This document shows positions 10,681-19,700 of a stretch of DNA of 64,000 nucleotides, in pieces. Below the pieces are notes generated by a model. It was not told the DNA's origin. It was given only the letters and a program-made list of their open reading frames with translations, and made no database searches. How positions within the stretch are numbered: position 1 is the first letter of the stretch; each line of letters starts with the position of its first letter. The DNA comes from Candidatus Micrarchaeota archaeon. GTDB lineage: Archaea; Micrarchaeota; Micrarchaeia; Anstonellales; Bilamarchaeaceae. The translations under genes were made by a program, and so were the position numbers. The stretch spans positions 10,810 to 74,809 of the forward strand of contig JBDRLQ010000023.1 in the NCBI GenBank assembly GCA_043812915.1, in the 5' to 3' direction.

Positions 10681-10772
10681 CTTCCCCACCTCTCGAATTC
10701 TTATCGAAGTGGGACTATATATATTTTTTCTCAAAAAAAATGTTTACAGCTCTAAGTTATTTATAAATGATA

Positions 10773-11075
10773 TGTTGCTGACAACAAAAATTCCCTAAAA
10801 TCACGTTTTCAACGTAGAATGTTCTTGACAACACTTAAATAGTATTATAAGTGTATTCAAACACTCTTTTTTAATAAAATTCAGAAAAATGTATATGGGA
10901 ATATAAATGTTACTAATAACAAAACAAACCCGCTTTTTATGCTATCAGGTCAGAATTACGCCGATAAATGCCGAAAATACCTCTTTACCATCTGCCCGCG
11001 CAATGCCAGTACAAAATATCAAATCACGGCTATTCCCGGCAACAGTATTTTAAATGAATTTTGTTCATAGGTACA
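10773..11075. promoter_or_regulatory. Repeated TGTT-N6-(A/T)ACA semi-palindromes in the divergent promoter upstream of the Lrp gene
   Basis: TGTTGCTGACAACA 10773-10786, TGTTCTTGACAACA 10820-10833, TGTTACTAATAACA 10908-10921 and TGTTCATAGGTACA 11062-11075. Confidence 0.5.
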
Positions 11076-11096
11076 CTATTGGAAGGCGGTGTGCAT

Positions 11097-11555
11097 ATGG
11101 AACTAGACGTTGTTGACAGGACTATTCTCTCTCATCTGAGGGCGGATTCTAAGACGCAGATTAAGGATATCGCAAAAGAGCTCAAGATGCATCCCAATAC
11201 CCTTCTCCAGAGGGTGAGGAAACTGGAGAAGAACGGGATAATCAGGGGCTATATCACGGATATAAATTTCGGGGAGGCCGGCTACGACCTGCACCTGATA
11301 ATCAGCATGAAAATCCGGAGCGGGAAGGCGGGTGACATGGAGCAGCTAAAAGACCTGCTGGCGATAAAGGAGTTCGAGGCAATCTACGCCGCCAGCGGGA
11401 ACTGGGATGTAATTGCTCTGACCCGGGTGAAAAACCGCGCACACATGCTTGATGTCGTGCACAGGCTAGGGGAGCATGAAATAGTTGTGCAGACGAACAC
11501 ATCCATCATCCTGCACGAGTACAAGAGGCCGGCGCAGTACAATCCGTTCCTCTAA
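11097..11555 (+). CDS. Lrp/AsnC family transcriptional regulator
   Basis: HTH LDVVDRTILSHLRADSK...RVRKLEKNGIIRGY; RAM domain with YAASGNWD. Confidence 0.93.
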   Translation: MELDVVDRTILSHLRADSKTQIKDIAKELKMHPNTLLQRVRKLEKNGIIRGYITDINFGEAGYDLHLIISMKIRSGKAGDMEQLKDLLAIKEFEAIYAASGNWDVIALTRVKNRAHMLDVVHRLGEHEIVVQTNTSIILHEYKRPAQYNPFL

Positions 11556-13036
11556 TCCTTTCTTCTTTTCCTGTATGCCTGCCCGCCCACCGAATGGAAG
11601 TCAGGATTCAGGATGATGTTTCCATTGCCATTCCTTGTGAACTTGTCTATAGGGTTCAGTACCACTTCCCCCTCTGGGACAAGGCCGTGGTCAGCGCACA
11701 TCTCGTCACGCACCTTCCAGTCGAGGGGTCTTAGCGCCCTCTTTACTTCCTGCGCCACTTCCGCGGTCATGAACGGGCTGTGGCTCACCTTCATGGGGGT
11801 CTCATCAAGCACAATCAGCACCCCTCCATGGTTGCCTTTGGGGTCCGGCCCCTTAAGGGCGCTGGCAACCTTCCTTATCGCAGCCTCAGGATCCGCCACC
11901 CAGTTGAGGAAATAGATCATCGTCGCCATATCAAGCTGTCCGTCCCTCCCGTTTCCTGTAGGGTCTCCCAAGGCATCGCCCATCTCAAGGGCCAGAAAGT
12001 CCGCCTGGAACAATGTATGCAGCATTACTTCTTCAGGGCTGATTGTGCGGCCTGCGAATTCCGCTCCCATATCAGCGAGCTTTCTGGACATCTCATCCTT
12101 GTATGTGCCAAGCCTTTTCCTCCCCCGGACAAGCAGGAACGGCGTCATGTCAACCCCGAAAAGCTCATTGGGCTCGCACTTCCCATTCTTCTTCATGTCT
12201 GCCAGGAATGACGGGAATCCGACATCCTCCATGAATAGCTTGAGTACGGGGCAGCTTCCGCAGCCGACATCCATTATCCTTCGCACCGAGCCTGGATACC
12301 TGAGCATCAGCTCCAGCGCCACATTGAATATCGATTTGTAATGCCCTGTTATGCGCTGGTGCTCGTCGAACCTGTATGCGAACAGCGCCATCGCGTTGGC
12401 AATCTGGTTGAGCTGCTCTTCCGAGACTACCTTCAGCTTGCCATCCACGAAATTCACGATAAGCCCGTCCGGGTGCTCCTCCCGGCTCAGAAGCTCCCCT
12501 GATGGGGGATTCGGCAGCTTGCTCCGGCTTTCCATCCTGGCGCACAACTCATCCGGCTTCGCATCCATTATCTCACTGCGGAATACTCCTATGCCGCCAG
12601 CGGCATCAATGGTGTCAAAGGGGCCAAGATATCCCTCGGTGAGTGCCTCGTCTATACTGACCTCGCGCCCCGCAAGCTTCGAAGGCGCATCATCACCGAT
12701 AACGACATGCACGGGGATGTCCTTTCCGCCCTTCACACGGCCAATCATCTCTCCCGGATTGAAGATGTCGTAGGCTTCGGGCCCCAGGATTACAACTGCC
12801 TCTTCGGCATTGGCTATCTGCGCCGCAGCGTTCTCTGCCCTGTCGTATGATGAGCAGACGTACCGCTCATCATCAACGCCCCTGAGCTTCTTATCCAGCT
12901 CCCGATCGCAGCCAATCGCGAAAATCCTGACAACTCCTGACCTCGGTCCGGCGATGACGCTGGGCCTGTCCCTCCTCTTTATTGGCCCTTCAGGTTTTGC
13001 CGCCTGAGGACTAGAAATTATCTGTGTCCCTCCCAT
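11552..13036 (-). CDS. Class I SAM-dependent methyltransferase with an N-terminal receiver-like domain
   Basis: Motif I IMDVGCGS, then FGVDMT, QADFL and YFLNWVADPEAAIRKVASALK. Paralog of 16344-17990. Confidence 0.75.
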   Translation of the reverse strand: MGGTQIISSPQAAKPEGPIKRRDRPSVIAGPRSGVVRIFAIGCDRELDKKLRGVDDERYVCSSYDRAENAAAQIANAEEAVVILGPEAYDIFNPGEMIGRVKGGKDIPVHVVIGDDAPSKLAGREVSIDEALTEGYLGPFDTIDAAGGIGVFRSEIMDAKPDELCARMESRSKLPNPPSGELLSREEHPDGLIVNFVDGKLKVVSEEQLNQIANAMALFAYRFDEHQRITGHYKSIFNVALELMLRYPGSVRRIMDVGCGSCPVLKLFMEDVGFPSFLADMKKNGKCEPNELFGVDMTPFLLVRGRKRLGTYKDEMSRKLADMGAEFAGRTISPEEVMLHTLFQADFLALEMGDALGDPTGNGRDGQLDMATMIYFLNWVADPEAAIRKVASALKGPDPKGNHGGVLIVLDETPMKVSHSPFMTAEVAQEVKRALRPLDWKVRDEMCADHGLVPEGEVVLNPIDKFTRNGNGNIILNPDFHSVGGQAYRKRRKD

Positions 13037-13111
13037 CAGAAATTGATGTGTGCCATAAGGAATATAAAGGCACTATAAATGAAAAAAAGTGATTCTAAGA
13101 AAGCAATGCAA

Positions 13112-13531
13112 TCAGTTCTGCGCCGGAGGTTCGCTCTCTTTCTTCTTGGCATCCTTATCTGCGAACCATTCTGCAATCACGCGCGGCTGGCACTCCTTAC
13201 ACATCCCATGCGTGCGGATTTTCTTCTTGAGGCCCAACCCCTCGACTATTGCCTGCGGGACCTGCTTGCTGGTCTGCCGGTAGACGAACGTGTTCCCTCC
13301 CGGGTGATAGCAGCAGAGCAGGTAAACCTTCCCCAGTTCCTCATCTGTCTGCAGGGGCGCATGTTCCTTCTTTTTGGCAAACTCCTCCCTCCTGATTTCC
13401 GAGGCACTGCTCTTGGTTGTCAGCGGGAATCTGAGCTTTGTCCTGTCAGAGCCGAATCGGCTGGTCCAGACGCTTGGCTGAGCCCGGAGAACTCCTGCCC
13501 GTCTCTTCATCAGCCTTGTTCCGTTATCCAT
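13112..13531 (-). CDS. Small putative Zn-binding protein (CxxH...HGMCxxC)
   Basis: LCCYHPGG...THGMCKEC; GAGGTGGA RBS before MDNGTRL. Confidence 0.65.
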   Translation of the reverse strand: MDNGTRLMKRRAGVLRAQPSVWTSRFGSDRTKLRFPLTTKSSASEIRREEFAKKKEHAPLQTDEELGKVYLLCCYHPGGNTFVYRQTSKQVPQAIVEGLGLKKKIRTHGMCKECQPRVIAEWFADKDAKKKESEPPAQN

Positions 13532-13542
13532 ATTCTTCCACC

Positions 13543-13821
13543 TCATTTTCTCGGCTTTTCCTCGAGCACTTCCTCGGATTTCCATCTTTTGCTCTCAACG
13601 CACGGCGACCATATGCCATCACTATTCACTCCTTTCAATCCCAGGGAATCAATCTCCTTTTCCGTGAGCTTCCGGCCGGTGTTCTTTTCCACCAGCGCCT
13701 TTCCGCCTGGATGCCATGCGCAGAGGGTGATATCTTTCCGAAGGTGGGCCGGCACTATGACAGTGTCATTCTTGGGCGCAATTGCCTCTGGCTGCCTGGA
13801 AATCTTCTTCTCCTGATTCAC
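13543..13821 (-). CDS. Small putative Zn-binding protein, paralog of the adjacent gene
   Basis: LCAWHPGG...SDGIWSPC, with one expected Cys replaced by Trp; GTG start. Confidence 0.6.
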   Translation of the reverse strand: MNQEKKISRQPEAIAPKNDTVIVPAHLRKDITLCAWHPGGKALVEKNTGRKLTEKEIDSLGLKGVNSDGIWSPCVESKRWKSEEVLEEKPRK

Positions 13822-13908
13822 TTTGGTCGCCTCTATATTCCAAAAATCTGTTGGAAATGTTTTATAAATTGTTTGATAGGCAATGTATCTTCGTGATAGA
13901 GGGATTTT

Positions 13909-14454
13909 TTGAGAAAACTTACTATTTCAGGAAGATTGCTGAAAGAGGCTATAGCGGAGCAGCAGCTGGAGAATGGAAGGATAATCGTGCGGGCAAGGCG
14001 TCTTCCACTCCTAAAGGCTGGCTATGATGTGCTTTTCGAGGATGGGCCCCGGAGGGCGAGGGCCGAGGGCGATTTCCTTTCAGTGATGCAGTGGGTTCGC
14101 AAGCACAGGCTAGATGATGTCGGGGACCTGGTATGGATGGCCGGCACCGCGCTCAAGGATGTCAGGCACCATTCCGATTCATGGTTTAGCAAAAATGAGA
14201 TGCTGGTGCTCTCAGCACTCGTACACAACGAACTGACCGTAAAGGGGCTGGCCATGGTTACTGGACTAAGTCCAAGGGCCGCGGAAAAAGCCCTGGGCTC
14301 ATTAATAGAATGCGACACCGCTGAGGAAGGCAGAAAGACCAGCACAGGAAGGGGCGTCTTCAGGCTCACGGAGGATGGGAGGGAATTCACAGACCGCTTC
14401 CTGACAGATGCCGGATTCTTCAGCATGCAGGAGCGGATGAAGGACCGCTATTAG
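13909..14454 (+). CDS. Winged-helix DNA-binding domain protein
   Basis: C-terminal EMLVLSAL...LTVKGLAMVTGLSPRAAEKALGSL...FRLTEDGREF. Confidence 0.7.
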   Translation: MRKLTISGRLLKEAIAEQQLENGRIIVRARRLPLLKAGYDVLFEDGPRRARAEGDFLSVMQWVRKHRLDDVGDLVWMAGTALKDVRHHSDSWFSKNEMLVLSALVHNELTVKGLAMVTGLSPRAAEKALGSLIECDTAEEGRKTSTGRGVFRLTEDGREFTDRFLTDAGFFSMQERMKDRY

Positions 14455-15134
14455 ACAAGGCCCTTCAAAAGGCCAATTAGGTCCTCGAATTTCTCAATCT
14501 CAAAATCAGCTTTTGTAATTCCCCTCTTGTTCCACAATCCGTATTTTGCAAGGCACGTGTGCATGCCAACTTCCTTGGCTCCCTTTATGTCCCGGTCCGG
14601 GTCATCGCCGACAAAAAGGCAGGCCGGGGCCAGCAGCCCAAGCCTCTGGAGCGCAATCTGGAAAGGCGTCGGGTTGGGCTTCCTCTCAAGGGTCTCATCA
14701 AGGGTGACAACCATGTCGAATTCATCCGCGAGGCCGGTCAGCACCAGGCGCTGCCATGCCTTGTTCCTGGGCGCGTCGGTGATTATCCCGAGCTTGTACC
14801 TTTCCCTGAGCTTCTCCAGAGTCGGCTTCACCATCGGGTAGGGCTTTATGACCTCGAACTTCTTCTGGAGGTAGGCAAGAATCGCGGCCTGCTGTATCCT
14901 TTCAGCCTTGTTGACTTCCAGGCCGAAAGGGGAAACCACATCGAAGAATGTCTTCTGGTATTCTATCCCCTTCTCATCATAGACAGAGAAAATCTTCCCG
15001 TATGCCTGCACCTCCGTTACCGGCAGGCCGTTCTTCACCATGGCAGAGGCCGCGGCCTTGGCGGTCTCCACCTTGAATCTCAGGAAGTTAATGAGCGTGT
15101 TGTCCAGGTCGAAGAGAATGGCTTTGATTGGCAT
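14451..15134 (-). CDS. HAD-superfamily hydrolase (subfamily IA)
   Basis: AILFDLDNTL, GIITD, KPNP and FVGDDPDRDIKGA. Confidence 0.93.
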   Translation of the reverse strand: MPIKAILFDLDNTLINFLRFKVETAKAAASAMVKNGLPVTEVQAYGKIFSVYDEKGIEYQKTFFDVVSPFGLEVNKAERIQQAAILAYLQKKFEVIKPYPMVKPTLEKLRERYKLGIITDAPRNKAWQRLVLTGLADEFDMVVTLDETLERKPNPTPFQIALQRLGLLAPACLFVGDDPDRDIKGAKEVGMHTCLAKYGLWNKRGITKADFEIEKFEDLIGLLKGLV

Positions 15135-15184
15135 CGGGTATTCATCCCAGAGAATGTAATTAATCCTTCGCAATCCAGAAAAAA

Positions 15185-15583
15185 TCAATAGAAGAAGCGA
15201 AGCAGGATTTTGTAGGATAGCAGCAGGACTATCAGCAGCGCGCATATCAGGTAGCTCAGGAACATGTAGTATGGCATGGTTATCGGGCTGATCCCATCAA
15301 CTATCATCAGGACGAATGAAATGAGGATGAGCGCAAGGAACGTTATCCTCATCGCCTTGGCGCTCACATATTCCATCCTCTCGTCAACGACCTTCTTCTT
15401 CGCAACAATCTTCCGAAGAAGGACTATTACCAGGGTCATGAATCCGATGTACATCAGCCAGTTCCCAACAGAGTCGAACAGGAAATCCGTGCGTCCGACT
15501 CCAAGAATGTTCAACGCCAGTCCCAGCACGATGGCTATCAGGCCAAATCCAAGCTTCAGCATATTTCTAGCAGGCTCATCCAT
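15185..15583 (-). CDS. DUF2178-like membrane protein
   Basis: Four TM helices around DERMEYVSAKAMRITF; directly downstream of an XRE regulator, a common pairing. Confidence 0.75.
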   Translation of the reverse strand: MDEPARNMLKLGFGLIAIVLGLALNILGVGRTDFLFDSVGNWLMYIGFMTLVIVLLRKIVAKKKVVDERMEYVSAKAMRITFLALILISFVLMIVDGISPITMPYYMFLSYLICALLIVLLLSYKILLRFFY

Positions 15584-15592
15584 TTCTCCACC

Positions 15593-15790
15593 TCATACTC
15601 CGAAAATGCCTTCTACACTGGTTCCGAATGCCTTGGCTATCAGAAGCGCGAGCTGCAGGGAGGGGACATACTTCCCGCTCTCTATGGAGATTATCGTCTG
15701 GCGCGTTACTCCCAGCTTCTGCGCAAGCGCCTCCTGGGTCATCCCCTCTTTCTCCCGGCATTCCCGCAGCCTGTTTTTCGAAAGTTTCAT
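15593..15790 (-). CDS. XRE/Cro family HTH transcriptional regulator
   Basis: [32 protein letters not shown]. Confidence 0.93.
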   Translation of the reverse strand: MKLSKNRLRECREKEGMTQEALAQKLGVTRQTIISIESGKYVPSLQLALLIAKAFGTSVEGIFGV

Positions 15791-15886
15791 TCCGGACACC
15801 GATGTAAAGCATACTATACGTTAAGCATGCTTAACATTTAAAAAGCTGCCTTTTGTTAGGCATTGCCGCAGCAAGAAAAAAGAAAA

Positions 15887-16270
15887 TCACTTCGCGTCCT
15901 CATCGGTTTCCCAAAGCGCGAAGGGATTGCCCTCGGTGTCCTGGCAGCAGATGAAGTACCCGTGGCCAGGGACCGCGGTCTTCCCGAAAATCCTCTTGCC
16001 GCCAAGCTCCTCCACCTTCTTCACTGCCTTATCTACGGAAGGAACGCTGATATAATTGGTCGGCCCGTGCCCTTCGCACTGCTTCTTCATTATCCCACCG
16101 CAGACACTCTCCTTTCCCTTGTCATCCTTGGTGGTGAAGTACCAGTAATCTCCGCACGCCCCTCCGGTGGGCTTCATCTTCTCCATCTTCCATCCAAACA
16201 GGGATTCATAGAACTTCCTTGCCCTGTCCGTGTCTTCTGCAGGTATCTCAAAATGCACAATTGTAGCCAT
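15887..16270 (-). CDS. VOC/glyoxalase family protein
   Basis: IVHFEIPAEDTDRARKFYESLFGW...DTEGNPFALWE. Confidence 0.92.
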   Translation of the reverse strand: MATIVHFEIPAEDTDRARKFYESLFGWKMEKMKPTGGACGDYWYFTTKDDKGKESVCGGIMKKQCEGHGPTNYISVPSVDKAVKKVEELGGKRIFGKTAVPGHGYFICCQDTEGNPFALWETDEDAK

Positions 16271-16343
16271 GCTTTTCACCAAGAAATAGACCAGCAAATC
16301 CATTTATCTGCTTTTTCTGGCAGCGCATTTCCGCGGAAAGCAA

Positions 16344-17990
16344 TCAGATGCCCTTGCCAAAGTCAACCAGCGTCCAGCCTCCTATGCTGCCTCTCCTCCT
16401 GAACACGCGCCCTTCCATCGTGTGCGGCTCCTTGAATTCCGACCTGTCCCTCTTCCTGCTGATTTTGTCGATTTCAAGGACTTCCCGCACTTCTTTGCCC
16501 TTGGCGTCCAGTTCCGGCTTGAATCCGCTGGATAGAATCATCTCTACATACTGGCCGAACGGGATGTGATATACTGCGCTTGCGATTGATTGGGCGTCGT
16601 CCTTATCCAGCCCGCCAGGGCTCACCCGAAGGTGCGGCTCTTCAACAATTATCAGCCTGCCACCCGGCTTTATCAGCTCCGCAGCTTTCCGGACTGCGGC
16701 TTCTTTGTCTGCCAGCCAGTAGATGACGTAGGACATCAGCATTGTGTCAATATCCTGAAAGTTGAATCCCCCCAGATATTCGGGACGCAGGGATGTACCG
16801 GAAAAATCAATTTCCTTTAGGGCCTCCATGGTAAGCTCCAGAAAATCAGCCTGCTTGAAACACATCCCGAGCCTTCCCCTTATCGAATCCTCGTTTTCCG
16901 CAAGAAGACCGTTAAACTCCGAATGGGCCTGGGAAAGCATCTCCTCAAGATAATCTATCGATAGTATGAGCATCGGTTCCTCTCGCAGTCCCAGCCTGAA
17001 TTTGGAGACAACCGCATGCTCAAGGAACTGCCTCATCGGGTAGCCCGTCCCGCATGCAACATCCGCGATTGTATTGCCGAAGAAATCCCCCAGCCGGTAA
17101 TACATCACAAGCATGGCTGCGAAGTGACCGGTCATCAGCATGTGCTGGTTGTATCTGTATGAGAACTCAATCATTGTCCTCCTGGCCTCAGCCGCAGCAT
17201 CGGCATCCATATTCCACGAATCCCTTGTCCTGGCCGCGCAGACCATCGGGTCGAAGAACGTCCTTGCCCTGGGCGTGCTGGGATGCTGCTTAAGGCTCCT
17301 CTGAATCCTTTGCAGAAGTATCTCCGCGCTGGCGCAATCATTTTCAAGCACTTCTTCCGCGGTCAGCCCGCTCTGGAAAAAAGTTCCTGGCCCGCGTTCC
17401 TTAGGATTATAAAGAACTATCGTCCTTGTCCTCTCGTCGAATCTCATTCCGGAGAGGAGCTTTAGGACCTTTGCCTGCTCCACGCCCCTCCCATCCATCT
17501 TCATATCCAGTCCGACAACGACAACTCTTGGTGGCTGGGGGTTCTTTGCGAAGCTGCCCATCAGGGACTCCACGGTGTTGGCGGATTCCCTTCTCAGGCC
17601 AAGGAGGCCGAGCCCTCCTTTAATCTGCTCCCACTCGTTGCGGGAATGTGAAATGTTGCAGCCGACAAAGAGCACCCGCGCCCTGCCTTCAGCACCCTCG
17701 GGCTGAGCGCGTTCCTGTTCCTGGAACAAATGGTACCTGCCAGGCCCATTGCCCTCATCCTTTATTACCTGATTCTTGTCGCTGCTTTCCGCAAGCTTCC
17801 TGAAAATATCCTGTATTGGAGGGGGTTTTCTAAAAGTCGCCGAGCTCCGGACCCTCACTTTTTCATGGTAATGCCTAGGAAATCCACCATCGAGGCGGGG
17901 GCTGAGCTTTAGCCGTTCAGACTTCTGTGTCTCTCTTCCGGGCCTTTCAGAAAACTCTGCTTTTCCAGCCCTGCCTCTAAACGAAGACAT
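16344..17990 (-). CDS. Class I SAM-dependent methyltransferase with an N-terminal receiver-like domain
   Basis: IADVACGTG, SIDYLEEML, QADFL and YVIYWLADKEAAVRKAAELIKPGGRLIIVE. Confidence 0.78.
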   Translation of the reverse strand: MSSFRGRAGKAEFSERPGRETQKSERLKLSPRLDGGFPRHYHEKVRVRSSATFRKPPPIQDIFRKLAESSDKNQVIKDEGNGPGRYHLFQEQERAQPEGAEGRARVLFVGCNISHSRNEWEQIKGGLGLLGLRRESANTVESLMGSFAKNPQPPRVVVVGLDMKMDGRGVEQAKVLKLLSGMRFDERTRTIVLYNPKERGPGTFFQSGLTAEEVLENDCASAEILLQRIQRSLKQHPSTPRARTFFDPMVCAARTRDSWNMDADAAAEARRTMIEFSYRYNQHMLMTGHFAAMLVMYYRLGDFFGNTIADVACGTGYPMRQFLEHAVVSKFRLGLREEPMLILSIDYLEEMLSQAHSEFNGLLAENEDSIRGRLGMCFKQADFLELTMEALKEIDFSGTSLRPEYLGGFNFQDIDTMLMSYVIYWLADKEAAVRKAAELIKPGGRLIIVEEPHLRVSPGGLDKDDAQSIASAVYHIPFGQYVEMILSSGFKPELDAKGKEVREVLEIDKISRKRDRSEFKEPHTMEGRVFRRRGSIGGWTLVDFGKGI

Positions 17991-18183
17991 ACATCGAAAT
18001 TAGCAAAGTTCAGGTTTAAAAAGACTTGCCGGACCCTGGAAATATTCTATTTTACCACGTATTCCAAAGGAGGCCTGAAAACGACTGTGATGGGACAGAA
18101 CAAGAAAAAAACAATACGTTAGCTACTCACAAACCAAGGGTTTCAAAAAGGCGTAAATTATGAAAGCTGCTTGACCCGGGTAG

Positions 18184-18543
18184 CTATTTCCTGAGGGATT
18201 CTGCCATCGGCTTCCTGAGCCCGCCCTCAATCTCAGTTTTCCGCTTCAAGATCTCCGCCCTCATCTCTGCAGCGCACTTGTCGCACATGGAATTCGTCAC
18301 TCCGTCCGGGTCGGTCGGGAGGCCCTCTTTCATTATGGTCTCGATTGGGACAAGGGCTCCAGTGTCTCTGAACCTGATCCTAGGTGTTGGAGACACTAAG
18401 CGGTTTTGCGAGAATTTCCCCTCGTCCTTGAATTCTCTGGAATCGCACCAGTTGCAGACTACATATCTGCTGGGCAGCGATTTAGCTGGCGCCTCCATCC
18501 GCTCTCCCAAAGTCCTCATCTTCAAAGGTTTTGCTGCGTTCAT
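18184..18543 (-). CDS. Small putative Zn-binding protein (CxWC...SMCxxC)
   Basis: VCNWCD...TNSMCDKC; related to 13112-13531 and 13543-13821. Confidence 0.65.
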   Translation of the reverse strand: MNAAKPLKMRTLGERMEAPAKSLPSRYVVCNWCDSREFKDEGKFSQNRLVSPTPRIRFRDTGALVPIETIMKEGLPTDPDGVTNSMCDKCAAEMRAEILKRKTEIEGGLRKPMAESLRK

Positions 18544-18705
18544 TTGTTATCACGTTTCTATACATATCGCAACATAAGTTATATTTAAATGTTGCGGTTT
18601 CTAGCCAATCATGGGATTCTAGAACATTTATAGCATGGGTAACCATCTTATAACAACTATATGTTTTTAAAGGTTTCCAAGCCTATTCAAATACGAGGGA
18701 ATTAA

Positions 18706-19620
18706 TTGGTAGTTGTTGGTGAAAAAGGGAATGTCTCCAAAGCGAGAATATCGGTGCTACGCCGGGCAAGGCCCATCCCAGAGCACTCGCTTCTACTTAC
18801 CAAATTCAAAGACCACTTCAACCCAATCGTTTCTTTCCTGAATGAGCCCAATCCGTTTGACCGGCTGGACAAGGAGAAAAGGCATCTCTGGTTCACGCAT
18901 GAATATTTCATAAGCCGTAAGTTCGCCCTGAATGTGATGGAACTTTTCCCAGGACTTAAATCCGGGGATTTCCTTTTGCTAAGGGAGTTCGGCCTCTCAC
19001 CTGCGGTACTCAAAAAAGACCCTAGCCCGGCAAATGTCCAGAATGTCCTGGCAGGGCACATGAGCCATGAAAGGTCTCCGAGATGGGGCCTGATGGGCAT
19101 TCTAATACTATTGGATCAGATGGGCAAGATGCCTGAAGCTGCGCCAGAGGAGCACCACCGGGCGGTGCTGGAGTTCTTCAGGTACATGCGAAAGAGGGTT
19201 GAGCCATATGTGAGGGCCTGCCAGACTCTACAGCAGACTGGCAACGCGAGGTATTTTGATTCTAGCAATGAGTATCTTTTCGATCCGCATACTGGAGTTC
19301 CCCTGCGGTATCTGGTGCACATGATTGACGGTGTTGTGCTCAACTTTGCCTATGACCCTGATTTCGATCCCGAGACATTCGAGCTTATGAGCCTCGAGTG
19401 GGCAAGGATACCCAATTCCATGGGATTCAATAACGCCCCCACGCTCTTTGCGGAAGCGGATTCGGGATCAGCCTTCGGAAGGAATGTCGCAAGAAGGCTT
19501 AGGTCCCTCAACAAGGCCGGCACCATGGACACGGTCGGAAGGGAGTGGATGAAAGCCTTTGACATTGCCGCTCCGAAGGATGCTGACCCGAATGGCGGGT
19601 TCCCATCTACCCAGAAATAG
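18706..19620 (+). CDS. Hypothetical protein
   Basis: 304-aa ORF with a TTG start after GAGGGA; no motif recognised. Confidence 0.65.
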   Translation: MVVVGEKGNVSKARISVLRRARPIPEHSLLLTKFKDHFNPIVSFLNEPNPFDRLDKEKRHLWFTHEYFISRKFALNVMELFPGLKSGDFLLLREFGLSPAVLKKDPSPANVQNVLAGHMSHERSPRWGLMGILILLDQMGKMPEAAPEEHHRAVLEFFRYMRKRVEPYVRACQTLQQTGNARYFDSSNEYLFDPHTGVPLRYLVHMIDGVVLNFAYDPDFDPETFELMSLEWARIPNSMGFNNAPTLFAEADSGSAFGRNVARRLRSLNKAGTMDTVGREWMKAFDIAAPKDADPNGGFPSTQK

Positions 19621-19700
19621 CTGTTTTTCCCCCAATTGCCCGGATGTCCTTCTTTGTGTTTGTTGGCGGGTTAAAAATGTTTCTATTAAAATAATAATTT

